From contig PKTB01000007.1 in the NCBI GenBank assembly GCA_002869385.1, positions 80,729 through 144,728 on the forward strand: a stretch of 64,000 nt of DNA, read 5' to 3'. Below the pieces are notes generated by a model. The model did not search any database. It was not told the DNA's origin and saw only the letters and a list, made by a program, of their open reading frames with translations. Below, in pieces: positions 48,567 to 58,317 of this stretch. This stretch comes from Marinilabiliales bacterium (lineage in GTDB: Bacteria > Bacteroidota > Bacteroidia > Bacteroidales > ML635J-15). Every line of letters begins with the position of its first letter. Within the stretch, counting starts at the first letter, position 1. The position numbers and the translations under genes were made by a program.

Positions 48567-49976
48567 TTAATTTATTTCTATTAATGGCTTTAGTGGTAAA
48601 TTTTTCTGAGGGATTCTTTTTATTGATGAGTCATATTCGGAAGGCAAAAATGAGAACTTGTGCCCAACACAATTTGAATTGTATTGTTTCTTTTCTGGGA
48701 AAGCAAATCTCAACAGGTTAATTACTTCCATTGATATTGCATTCAGAAAGTCGCTTTCTTCTGTTTCAAATTTATCATCTACTATATCAAGTAAGTAATG
48801 AAAACTTATATCATCTTCATGTTTTTCAATGCAAATAATATTATACTTTTCAGATAATTTGTGAAGGAAGATATTTTCAACTAAATCTACATAACTATAA
48901 GATTGATTGTTATATTTTTTAATACCATATAAAGTGTGAGAAATAGAATCTAATGAATGGAGGCTTAAATCCTTTTCAAACTCAAATTTGCTCAAGTTTA
49001 ATTCAATTGAATTATATCCAAAATAATCTAACCAAAAGAGAAATAGGCCAAAGGAATTCCATTCGACATTTCCTATTGGGATAATTTCAATAGTATTTAT
49101 TCTAGAAAGCCAATCTTTACAATATGAAAAAATCTCTACCTTATCTGAGAACTTTTTATTTATTGACTTAGCATATTGTTTTTGCTCATCTGTGAATATG
49201 TCTACATTTTGCATCATGCTTCCACCATCAATATTATTGGCAAAATCAAAATTTACAACAGTTATCCAACTTTTACCATAATCTGAATAGACTTCATTGA
49301 GGATACCGATATTCTTTTCTGTATAGTCAAAAATCCCCTTCCATAACAGCCCTCTAAATATTTGAAGATACATTTGCCATGTCTGTGGTTTAAAAAACTT
49401 CAATCTTTCAATTAATTTGTCAGGCAAAAGCCCGCCATAAAAGAAAGCATTTCGCAAAAAATTAAGTACTGTATTATCATTTATAAATGATAACGCATCT
49501 AAAACGAAGTCGGACTCTTTATTAATTTCATTATCAAAGAGTAAATATTTTATTATTTTTGATCGCACAGGATGAAGGCCAATGATATGAGAATTATCTC
49601 CTGAAATTTTAATCAAATATTCCTTTTGCAATAAGCTAATTAGAAAAACAATATCATTTTTCAATTGTAAAAACTGATTAAGTTCTTTTAGTTTTACTTT
49701 TGAACCATAGCTGTCTGCAAGTACGGTATAGCGCAACAATCTTATTTTTTCTTTCCCAACATCTGATGAATCAATCAATATCTTTTTAATTTGATAACTT
49801 AACTTTGCAGTTATACTTTCATTTTGTGTAATTAAATAAACGAACTCCATTAAAGGACCTTTACCTCCGAAGTTATCCCATGCATTTTGAAAATTGACAA
49901 ATTTTAAATCTTTATTATAATAATCTAACGATTTATAAATAGACTCTGCCTCTCCTTGTTCAAAACTTAGTTCCAA
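48567..49976 (-). CDS. STAND-like giant frame, segment 2 of 4 (helical region following the NTPase)
   Basis: It starts directly after TAA 49977-49979 (...KFNFS*LELSFEQGE...) and continues in the same frame. Confidence 0.5.
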   Translation of the reverse strand: MELSFEQGEAESIYKSLDYYNKDLKFVNFQNAWDNFGGKGPLMEFVYLITQNESITAKLSYQIKKILIDSSDVGKEKIRLLRYTVLADSYGSKVKLKELNQFLQLKNDIVFLISLLQKEYLIKISGDNSHIIGLHPVRSKIIKYLLFDNEINKESDFVLDALSFINDNTVLNFLRNAFFYGGLLPDKLIERLKFFKPQTWQMYLQIFRGLLWKGIFDYTEKNIGILNEVYSDYGKSWITVVNFDFANNIDGGSMMQNVDIFTDEQKQYAKSINKKFSDKVEIFSYCKDWLSRINTIEIIPIGNVEWNSFGLFLFWLDYFGYNSIELNLSKFEFEKDLSLHSLDSISHTLYGIKKYNNQSYSYVDLVENIFLHKLSEKYNIICIEKHEDDISFHYLLDIVDDKFETEESDFLNAISMEVINLLRFAFPEKKQYNSNCVGHKFSFLPSEYDSSIKRIPQKNLPLKPLIEIN

Positions 49977-51131
49977 TTACGAAAAATTAAATTTATCTCC
50001 GACTTCTATTGAATTCCAATCTTCTTCTCTTATTGTAACTAAAAAGTTAAAATTCTTTTTTGATGATAATTCCATTAGAATATTTATCCATTCTTTATTC
50101 CCAGGCTCCACATCAATATAGATAGTTATTGGAAATCTAATTCCTTTTGAAATTCCTTCGAGTGAATTTATTACATTATAAATTGTTGTTATGTTTTCTG
50201 GTAAATGTTTTAATTCATAAACAGTTGTTTCTGAGCAATTTTCTTTTAAAAATCTATATGCCAAAGTACTTTTACCTTGCCCAGAAGCACCATGAATAAA
50301 AACTATATTAGAACTGTTAAATTTCTTTCTTATTAAATTCAATTTATCAATTCTGACAACATCAACATCTGCTAATATATGTTTGTAGGTAGCTGAAATA
50401 CCTTTATAAAAATCTTGTTTTAAAAGATCAATATTTTCTTCCTGTATGTTATTGTCTAACAATTGAATAAGATAATTAAATGTTTTGCTGAAGCTAATTC
50501 TTTCCCTTTGATATTTACATATTTTTTCGAATTGCCCCTTAAAGTCTTTGGGTAATATTTGTATTTGTCTTTCTGCTGAATAATAAATCCAATAAATAAG
50601 AAGATCAAAGGTCATTTCAAAATCTACTAAGCACCCCCATTTATCAAGGCTTAAAAGGATTTCTTTTTTTATTTCTTGTTCGCTAACAATTTCATATTTA
50701 AAATGTCCTTTTATGACTTCTATTTCTTTTTTATTAAGTCCTTGCTTTTTTAATTTGTCAATGAGCCCTGCAGAATAATTCGAATTTGTAAGGTTTTTAA
50801 CATCATCATTAATTTCTCCAAATGATACTAACTTAATAATTGGGTTATATCCTTCATTGTATGCTTCTATTGCCCTTCTAAGAAAGGTGTTCTCTTTTCT
50901 TGTAGTTACAACATCCGATAAAGTAATTACTTTTCCTAGATGCTTAACTTGAATTATTTCTTCAACATCATTGTTGTGGTTATATATATCTATATCTTCA
51001 AATCTACCTTCTGGATGAAACTTATATTCAGACTCATTGTAAGTAAGTATTCGATATAGTGTATACAGAAATTGTACTCTATATCCTTTCAAAGCACTGA
51101 TTGCACCAAGATTATTTGATAGATTAGTCAT
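49977..51131 (-). CDS. STAND-like giant frame, segment 1 of 4: DUF4297/Cap4-type nuclease domain plus P-loop NTPase
   Basis: The N-terminal region is ALKGYRVQFLYTLYRIL...HPEGRFEDIDIYNHNNDVEEIIQVKH, a PD-(D/E)xK-like E-D...Q-x-K pattern seen in DUF4297. The Walker A motif is FIHGASGQGKSTLAYRFL. Confidence 0.7.
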   Translation of the reverse strand: MTNLSNNLGAISALKGYRVQFLYTLYRILTYNESEYKFHPEGRFEDIDIYNHNNDVEEIIQVKHLGKVITLSDVVTTRKENTFLRRAIEAYNEGYNPIIKLVSFGEINDDVKNLTNSNYSAGLIDKLKKQGLNKKEIEVIKGHFKYEIVSEQEIKKEILLSLDKWGCLVDFEMTFDLLIYWIYYSAERQIQILPKDFKGQFEKICKYQRERISFSKTFNYLIQLLDNNIQEENIDLLKQDFYKGISATYKHILADVDVVRIDKLNLIRKKFNSSNIVFIHGASGQGKSTLAYRFLKENCSETTVYELKHLPENITTIYNVINSLEGISKGIRFPITIYIDVEPGNKEWINILMELSSKKNFNFLVTIREEDWNSIEVGDKFNFS

Positions 51132-51303
51132 ATAGCATTATTTTTCAAGCATTGCATTTTCAATAAAGTATGATTACATGAAATAGGTTCACCACCCATT
51201 TAAAATTTATTGTTTTTAAGTAAATATGTCATTTTCAAATCTAAATAAAAAGTATTTCGCACAAAAAGAATAAACTTTTTATTAACCACATTTATCTTAA
51301 ACA

Positions 51304-51486
51304 CTATTTAATTCTTTTTACCTGTATTAAAAGCTGTATCCTCAGCCTCTTTTTGCCAGGGTTCATGGCAAGTAATTCATCACGTATTAGGGCATTCATG
51401 TGTAAACCTTAAGTGTTAGTCTCACAATAATCGGCTTGTTTCTGAAGAGTATATTTTGACAATATATGTATAAAATAATAACACAT
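51304..51486 (-). pseudogene. Second DUF4248-like HTH gene with an in-frame TAA at 51409-51411
   Basis: The translation is MCYYFIHILSKYTLQKQADYCETNT*GLHMNALIRDELLAMNPGKKRLRIQLLIQVKRIK. It aligns along its length with the 43666-43848 product. It is too short for the ORF track. Confidence 0.45.
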
Positions 51487-51561
51487 TTAATACGATCAAT
51501 ACACAAATAAACTTTATTTGGAATAATGTAGATGCTTAGGTAAAGTATGATAAAAAAAATC

Positions 51562-51812
51562 TAATAAAAACTTTTTTTTCGAAAATCCACCTACTACTTA
51601 CTATCTTCAAGTTAATGTGTTGTTATTCAATGATGTAAGTTCTGTAGTAAGTCAAAATTATTCTTACTCATCTTACTATTTTTCGTTTTTTTTTATTTTG
51701 TTGTAACTTGTAGTAGAATAAAAATATTAAGTTACTACACAAATATTCTTTATTTTCAATACTTATAGAGGTTTGTAGTAATGTAGTAAGTGGATTTAGT
51801 GTTTTTTGCAAA
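51562..51812. repeat. About 250-bp direct repeat, copy B
   Basis: It has the same termini and order of conserved blocks as 43963-44216: AATAAAAACTTTTTTTTCGAAAATCCACCTACTACTTACT ... TTTTGTTGTAACTTGTAGTAG ... TATTTTCAATACTTATAG ... TGTAGTAATGTAGTAAGTGGATTTAGTGTTTTTTGCAAAA. Confidence 0.85.
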
Positions 51813-52083
51813 AAAATAAAAGAAAATACATCATATATTGAATTCATTAAAATCAAATTCCAAAAACCTTCAACAAAAGCACATAAAATATTATATAAAT
51901 ATTCATGTCAGAATTCTTGTATTTATTTGCTCTATTTTGTACATTTGTAATGTAATTGCAAAGTGATGCAATTAGGTTCATTTATATCATGTAAAGTATT
52001 GTACATCGCAAGTTGCCAATTCGGTGGCATTGTAAATTTAGAGTTCTATAAGTATTGCAGTAGAGGAGCTTTAAAATTATTTT

Positions 52084-52238
52084 CGACTACGCTCAGGGAC
52101 CGGCTCAGGGACCGGCTCAGGGACCGGCTCAGGGATTGGCTCAGAGACCAGCTCAGTGTGGTAGGGCAAGTAGAGGTACCACACGATAGAATTCCCGATA
52201 AAACGGGATAGACTGTGCGGTAGCGGCGGTAGCGGTGA
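52084..52238. repeat. GC-rich element: 12-bp tandem repeat plus a hairpin unit
   Basis: CGACTACGCTCAGGGACC is followed by GGCTCAGGGACC x3 and degenerate copies. After that comes GGTACCACACGATAG...CTGTGCGGTAGCGGCGGTAGCGG. Confidence 0.85.
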
Positions 52239-52461
52239 TAGAGATAAACAAAATAGTTTATAGAAATAGAGTATATGTTATTTGAAAAAGAGGCTAGTAT
52301 ATTTATCTTTTTTACAAAATGTTTTGTAATGAATCTTGCCAGATGATATAGAATGGCAAGTATTATCATTAGGATTATTTTAATTATAAAGCTCTTATCC
52401 ATAGTGTTTAAGTTTTTATTTGTTTCGAAAATATCATCTATTGTGAAGCAAAGTTTTTGAA

Positions 52462-54705
52462 TTATTCAATCATTATTTTACTTCTGTAAGTTTTGTCTTT
52501 GCTTTTTAATTCAATAAAATAGATACCTGAATTCAAATTTTTCTTCAATAAAAGAATTTCATTATTATTGATTTTATCTATCTTTCTAACAACCGAACCT
52601 TTTAAATCAGCCAGAATAAATGTGAATTGAGAATTATCAGGATTGTATAATTGTATTGTTGCACTTTCTGAGAAAGGATTAGGATAAATAGTCAATTCGT
52701 TGTCTGTATCACTATTAATAACAACTGAAGAGTTATTAAAGAAAGCGCAATTATCAATGATATTACTAAATGACATGTTTCCGTTAAAGTTTTCAGGATT
52801 GTTGGTGTAAACTCCAATCATGTAATAATAAACTGAATCTACATTGAAATCATTATAAGTATTGATGAAACCCCAAACAGAATCATGTAGAATCATGTTA
52901 GACTGAGAAGTTCCTCTATATATGTAGTATTGTTGTGGAGAGAAGGTATCACTTTCATCAACGTACTCATCCCATGCTAAACCCATTATTGAATTAAAAG
53001 CATCAAGTGAAAGGTGTATGGTTTTGTGATAATAGCTTGTTTCCGATTCGTTACCACAAGTGTCAATCACTGTTATTTTGTATTTGGAGCTTTGTTGATC
53101 TGGGTGTGAAAAGATATCAATAAATTCTCCGAGAGAATAAAAAGAAACGTTACCTACCTGTTCATAATCGTAAGGTACTGTTTCCTTGTAAATGATATAT
53201 AGCATAGTCCCTGCATCGTTTGTTTTTTGCCAGTAAATTTTGTTTTTCATGATGGATGTGTCAACAGTAACAAGGCAGACCTGCTCATTTTGATACGGCT
53301 GCTGTACAAATATATTTATCTGATCGGAGGCAGTACATCCTAACTGGTCTGTTACCGTTACAGAATAATTTGTCGTAATCGAAGGAGTGGCAGTAGTTGT
53401 ACTTATATTTGTGTCGGAAAGGCCTGAAGAAGGAGACCATAAGTAACCGAAAGCCCCGGACTCTACAGGATAATTACTTGTACAGTAAGCCATAAGTTTG
53501 GCAGACTCCCCTGGACAGAGGTTATCTGCCGTGCAGGCATCAGCATCAAGCTGTATAACTTTTAATTTGGCAGTATCGCTGGTAACTGAACGGCATAGGT
53601 TTGTTACTTCGCAAGTGAAATTTCCCTGATCTGTTAAGTTCAAATTGTTTATCGCATAGATGCTATCTGTAGCCCCCGGGATATCAATACCGTTTTTTTG
53701 CCACTGGTAAATTATGGGGGATGTGCCTTCGGCTGTTACTGAAAATGTAACATTACTGTTTAAGCATGTATTTTGTGCATCGGGGGGTGTGGTAATGCTT
53801 ACTGCTAATGGATTTTGTAATACAGATGAATATAAATATATTTTCATACTTAATTCATCAGATGTAAACGAACGAATACAATGCACACAACGATTTGTAT
53901 TTTTTTGTTAACCAGAAATTAAACACATATTTGCTTCTGCTGATGAATGTAGACAACATATAGCGCTTAGCTCACTACCACTTGATGAGCTTGTCCAATA
54001 ATAACCAGCCCCTATATTAAGTATTGAATTTAAAGAACAGACGTATGTCATTTGATACATAGCAGGTAAAAACCAATCATTATAATCGTTAAGTGAAAGT
54101 TCATCGCAAATACTGGCTGCAATAGGACGATCTGCACAATTCGCAATAATTAATCCGGTGTTTTCTTCTCCATCATAAAAATCATCTGTGCCTGAAATAT
54201 TGATTCCATTACAACCCCATTGAATTCCTGTACTTTGACTGGCGAGAGGAGATATTAGACCATTACCTACGCTATCAATAAAATAGACAATCCCACCTTG
54301 AAACAAATCACCAATAATAAGGTTTGCGGTAGTTGTTATTATTTTTACCTTAATTAAACTACTATACCAATAAGCGTTTTCACAGATAGTGGCATTTGAA
54401 ATTTCTGCCCTGTAAAACCATTTGCCTGTCGGGCTAAGCGTGGTTAAAAATTCATAAGGTGTTTAGGTCGCACTTTCGATGTTTATCCAATTAATACTGT
54501 CGGAGCTTTGCTGCCACTGTATTGTGCCATTTTGTCCACTTACATTTAAAACTATAGTGTCGCCAGCAAAACTTGCATACCATCCTGTTTGGGCAATTGT
54601 ATTTAGGCTAATAATAAGTACAAAAATAAGAAATAGAAAGTTTTTTAATGGAATCACATGATGCACTACGTACGGGAGTGAGTGTAATTGGTTGAAGTGT
54701 TTCAT
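52462..54705 (-). CDS. T9SS-sorted surface protein with a DUF1566-like lectin-type region, an Ig-like domain and a CTD. It is the tandem paralog of 54722-57043 and has in-frame TAA codons at 54463-54465 and 53908-53910.
   Basis: This is one 748-codon frame. The paralog reads through both equivalent positions. The Ig-like part is VTFSVTAEGTSPIIYQWQKNGIDIPGATDSIYAINNLNLTDQGNFTCEV. The CTD is LTIYPNPFSESATIQL...GIYFIELK. Confidence 0.7.
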
Positions 54706-54721
54706 AGTAAATGTTTAAATG

Positions 54722-57043
54722 TTATTTTATCATTATTTTTCCTGTGTAAACAAGGTCATCGCTGATCAATTTTAACAGATATATTCCGTGGTTAATTTGC
54801 TGTTTTTCAATTTGTATCTCATTTCCAGTAACATTAAATGTTTTTCTTATGATAGTCCCTTTTATATCACTTAAAGTTAGTATAAAGCTTTTGTTTTCAG
54901 GGTTGTAGAACTTTACGGTAGTAGTTTCATTAAAAGGATTAGGGTAAATAAATAATTTATGCTCTGTATTATTTTCAGATACATTAGAGGAATTATTAAT
55001 AAAACAACTGTTGTTAACGATGTTACTAAAAGACATATTACCGTTAAAATTATCAGGATTGTTTTTGCGGATACCAATCATGTAAAAATAAACAGAATCT
55101 ACATTATAATCATTAAAAGTGTTGATGAAACCCCAAACAGAATCATGCAGAACCATAGTTTCCGGTGATGCCCCTCTGTAGATGTAATATTTTGTAGGGG
55201 AGTAAACACCTGTCTGGTCAATGTACTCTTCCCAGCCTAGACACATAATGTCATCAAATGCATCCATGTTCAATTTTATAGTTTTATGGAAATCGGACAA
55301 TCCTGATTCATTACCACAAGAGTCCACTACTGTAATTTTATATTTATCACTATGTAAATTGGGGTGGGAAATAAGATCTGTGAATTCACCCGGATGTGAG
55401 GGACTGACATTGCCTGCTTGTATGTATATGTCAGGCTCTGCTTCCTTATAAATTATATATAGCATTGTACCAACATCATTTGTTTTTTTCCAATAAATTT
55501 TGTTTTTCATAATGGAAGTATCAACAGTTACGAGGCATACCTGCTCATTTTGATAAGGCTGTTGTACGAAAACGTTTACCTGATCTGATGATGTGCAGCC
55601 TAATTGGTCGGTTACCGTTACCGTGTAATTTGTTGTTACCGAAGGATTTGCAATAGTGTTAGCCTGAATTGTGGTTGAAAGACTTGTTGGGGGAGACCAT
55701 AAATAGCTAAAACTTCCTGATTCGACAGTGTAATTGCTTATGCAGCTAGCATTTAGTTTAGCAGTTTGACCTGGGCATAAGTTATCTACAGAACCTATGT
55801 TTGCATCGAGCTGAATAACTTTTAATTTAGCAGTATCGCTGGTGACAGAACGGCAAAGGTTGGTTACTTCGCAGGTGAAATTTCCCTGGTCTGTTAAGTT
55901 CAGGTTGTCTATTGTATAGATGCTATCTGTAGCCCCCGGGATATCAATACCGTTTTTTTGCCACTGGTAAATTACGGGGGATGTGCCTTCGGTTGTTACT
56001 GAAAATGTAACATCATTTCCCGAACATTTATTTTGAGTATTTGACTGTATAATTATATTTACTGAAATAGGATTATTTACAACAGTTGAGTACAAATATG
56101 TTTTAGCACTAAAATCATATGGAGTAAATGACCTCATACAGCGAACTCTTGAATTGGAATATCTTGGTGTGTTAGCAATCAAGGTCTGATAATATATGTT
56201 ACTTGTCGCAACAATCGCACGTTGGGGGTTATTGCAGGATGCGCTATTAGTGGAAGAAGTCCAGTAAAGTTTTGACATATCAGTATATCCTCCTTCATAA
56301 TCTGTTGAATGTATTTCTGTAAGATGGGAAGTGGGGTCGTTAAGTATAGGTATGTATTGAGCGATTGACGGTAAATACCAGTCGCTATATCCATTTAAGA
56401 TAAGATCATCACAAATACTTGCTGCAATTGGTCTTGTGTTGCAATTTGTTAATATTGTTGAAGTATTAACAGCCCCGTCAGTATCAGTTACATAAAACAC
56501 GAGATTGTCGCAGCCCCATTCCATGCTATCGCTTTGATCGTTTAATGGGATTACTTCTCCATAACCAGTACTGTCGGATATTGTTGTTAGACCACCATGA
56601 AACCAATCGCCTACAGACACTTGTGTTGTGTTTGTAATTATTTTTTGTTTCAAAACGCTACCATACCAGGAAGAATTTTCACAAAGAGCAGTATTTGTAA
56701 TTTCAGCCCTGTAGAACCATTTACCTGTAGGACTATCAGGGGTTAAAAACTCGTAAGTTGTAGCTGTCGCGTCATCAATATTAATCCAATTAATACTGTC
56801 GGAACTTTGTTGCCATTGGATCGTTCCATTTTGTCCACTTACATTTAAGACTATTGTGTCGCCAGCAAAACTTGCATACCATCCTGTTTGGGCAATTGTA
56901 TTTAGGCTAATAATCAGTACAAAAATAAGAAGTAGAAAGTTTTTTAATGGAACCACACAATTAAATCGTGCGGTAGCATTGAGGAGTTCGTAGTTCGAAT
57001 CTGCTGATGCAGAAAATTTTGATATTTTAGTCATATTTTTCAT
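54722..57043 (-). CDS. T9SS-sorted surface protein with a DUF1566-like region, an Ig-like domain and a CTD
   Basis: The DUF1566-like part is MEWGCDN...SICDDLILNGYSDWYLPSIAQ...LYWTSS...RVRCMRSF. It also has an Ig-like domain, and the CTD is LFIYPNPFNETTTVKF...GIYLLKLI. The start is uncertain: an in-frame GTG at 56956-56958 directly precedes the signal peptide. Confidence 0.7.
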   Translation of the reverse strand: MKNMTKISKFSASADSNYELLNATARFNCVVPLKNFLLLIFVLIISLNTIAQTGWYASFAGDTIVLNVSGQNGTIQWQQSSDSINWINIDDATATTYEFLTPDSPTGKWFYRAEITNTALCENSSWYGSVLKQKIITNTTQVSVGDWFHGGLTTISDSTGYGEVIPLNDQSDSMEWGCDNLVFYVTDTDGAVNTSTILTNCNTRPIAASICDDLILNGYSDWYLPSIAQYIPILNDPTSHLTEIHSTDYEGGYTDMSKLYWTSSTNSASCNNPQRAIVATSNIYYQTLIANTPRYSNSRVRCMRSFTPYDFSAKTYLYSTVVNNPISVNIIIQSNTQNKCSGNDVTFSVTTEGTSPVIYQWQKNGIDIPGATDSIYTIDNLNLTDQGNFTCEVTNLCRSVTSDTAKLKVIQLDANIGSVDNLCPGQTAKLNASCISNYTVESGSFSYLWSPPTSLSTTIQANTIANPSVTTNYTVTVTDQLGCTSSDQVNVFVQQPYQNEQVCLVTVDTSIMKNKIYWKKTNDVGTMLYIIYKEAEPDIYIQAGNVSPSHPGEFTDLISHPNLHSDKYKITVVDSCGNESGLSDFHKTIKLNMDAFDDIMCLGWEEYIDQTGVYSPTKYYIYRGASPETMVLHDSVWGFINTFNDYNVDSVYFYMIGIRKNNPDNFNGNMSFSNIVNNSCFINNSSNVSENNTEHKLFIYPNPFNETTTVKFYNPENKSFILTLSDIKGTIIRKTFNVTGNEIQIEKQQINHGIYLLKLISDDLVYTGKIMIK

Positions 57044-57048
57044 TACAG

Positions 57049-58317
57049 TTAATAGGTTTTAATTATTTTTTTTATTGAAATAGGATTGTTATCCTTGATA
57101 ATACTTAGAAAATAAACTGAAGGGTTGTAAAACTTCATGTCTATCAAAGTTTCATTGTTCTTTATAAAGCCACTGTCAATAATTTTTAAATTGGCATCAG
57201 TTAATATGTATTTATAGTAAACATTGCTTTTGTTGTTGTCTATTTTTATTATTAAATAATTAGTAACAGGATTAGGGAAAACTGAGATATTGTTGTTATC
57301 AAAAGTTGAAAGTTGTAATGGGATAGAATTATCAGACACCGTCCATTTGCCAAATAATGTGGTATTTACAGCAATGTTTCTAGGATTAGAGGCAGAAACA
57401 TCCTGAATTTCACCGATTTCGCTCCATGTTTCATAAGGGGCTGTACTTGTCCAGGCAATGGCATTTGTTACATCAATTTCATTATCAAGACCGGCAAACC
57501 ATGAAAATTGTATCTCGCGTCCGCTTAAAGGTTCATTGTTGCTTGTTATTGTCCAATTTGAAGCAATAGAAGAGTTTTCTACGGTAATAATGCTTTCGGG
57601 GCCGGTAATACGGGTAATTTCGATATTACCTATATCATCTGACCCATTACTGATATTACATCCAAGAAAGGCGAGAGCATTCGTTCCCAAGTAACGGCTG
57701 CTCATTACAGTTTCCCCGAGAATATAAGCAGAGGATATTTCTGTAGGGTCGGATGCCCCGGTATTAAAATACAGCGTGTTAAGAATTTGAGGAGAAGCCG
57801 AATTAAAAGTATTAACATTGCCATTAGATAATGCAAACGAATTGTTAATATAAACATCCGATGATAAATAAACGCCAAAAGGATTATTTAGTTCTGCATC
57901 GTAAAACAAAAGCGGGTCAGTATTACTCTCAAGGCTTTGCGGCGTATTACGGCTGAAAATGATTTTTGAATTGTTATTAGATGTAAAATCTGAAGTATTA
58001 AGCAAATCGCCTTTTGTAATTATTGTGCCGTGGTTGTTTATAGCACCATTATTATTAATAAAATCAGAGCTTACTAGTTGTGCGTTTTGTAATATGTCAA
58101 ACGTGGTAGATGGGCTAATGCTTAGTTGAGCTTGTACGGAAAAGTTAAGTAAAGCGAAAAGAAGTAATAGGATTAAACTGTGTGCCCACGCAAGTAACTC
58201 GCGCGGGAGAGCTGAGCTGACAATGGTACCACACGATACAATCGTGCGGTAGCGATAATGGTACCACACGATACAATCGTGCGGTAGCGATGATGGAATA
58301 TTAAAAAGTTTTTTCAT
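57049..58317 (-). CDS. T9SS-sorted surface protein, paralog of 7754-9169. GC-rich repeat elements are embedded in-frame in its signal-peptide region.
   Basis: It shares blocks with 7754-9169. The CTD is ISVFPNPVTNYLIIKI...SVYFLSII. The N-terminus reads MKKLFNI-[40 repeat-encoded codons]-LILLLLFALLNFSVQAQ. Confidence 0.6.
   Translation of the reverse strand: MKKLFNIPSSLPHDCIVWYHYRYRTIVSCGTIVSSALPRELLAWAHSLILLLLFALLNFSVQAQLSISPSTTFDILQNAQLVSSDFINNNGAINNHGTIITKGDLLNTSDFTSNNNSKIIFSRNTPQSLESNTDPLLFYDAELNNPFGVYLSSDVYINNSFALSNGNVNTFNSASPQILNTLYFNTGASDPTEISSAYILGETVMSSRYLGTNALAFLGCNISNGSDDIGNIEITRITGPESIITVENSSIASNWTITSNNEPLSGREIQFSWFAGLDNEIDVTNAIAWTSTAPYETWSEIGEIQDVSASNPRNIAVNTTLFGKWTVSDNSIPLQLSTFDNNNISVFPNPVTNYLIIKIDNNKSNVYYKYILTDANLKIIDSGFIKNNETLIDMKFYNPSVYFLSIIKDNNPISIKKIIKTY
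58177..58296. repeat. GC-rich hairpin elements lying inside the 5' end of ORF 57049-58317
   Basis: The hairpin CCCACGCAAG-TAA-CTCGCGCGGG lies at 58185-58207. Two tandem 35-bp copies of AATGGTACCACACGATACAATCGTGCGGTAGCGAT span 58222-58291. Confidence 0.85.

Noticed and set aside
56975-57005. tRNA-like T-arm (GTTCGAATC) and a similar GTCGAATCC at 19818-19826
   Set aside because: The flanking bases do not form T-stems, acceptor stems or an anticodon arm. The first site lies in the 5' region of a surface-protein ORF next to a repeat hairpin. The second is half of the palindrome GATTCGAC-CT-GTCGAATC.
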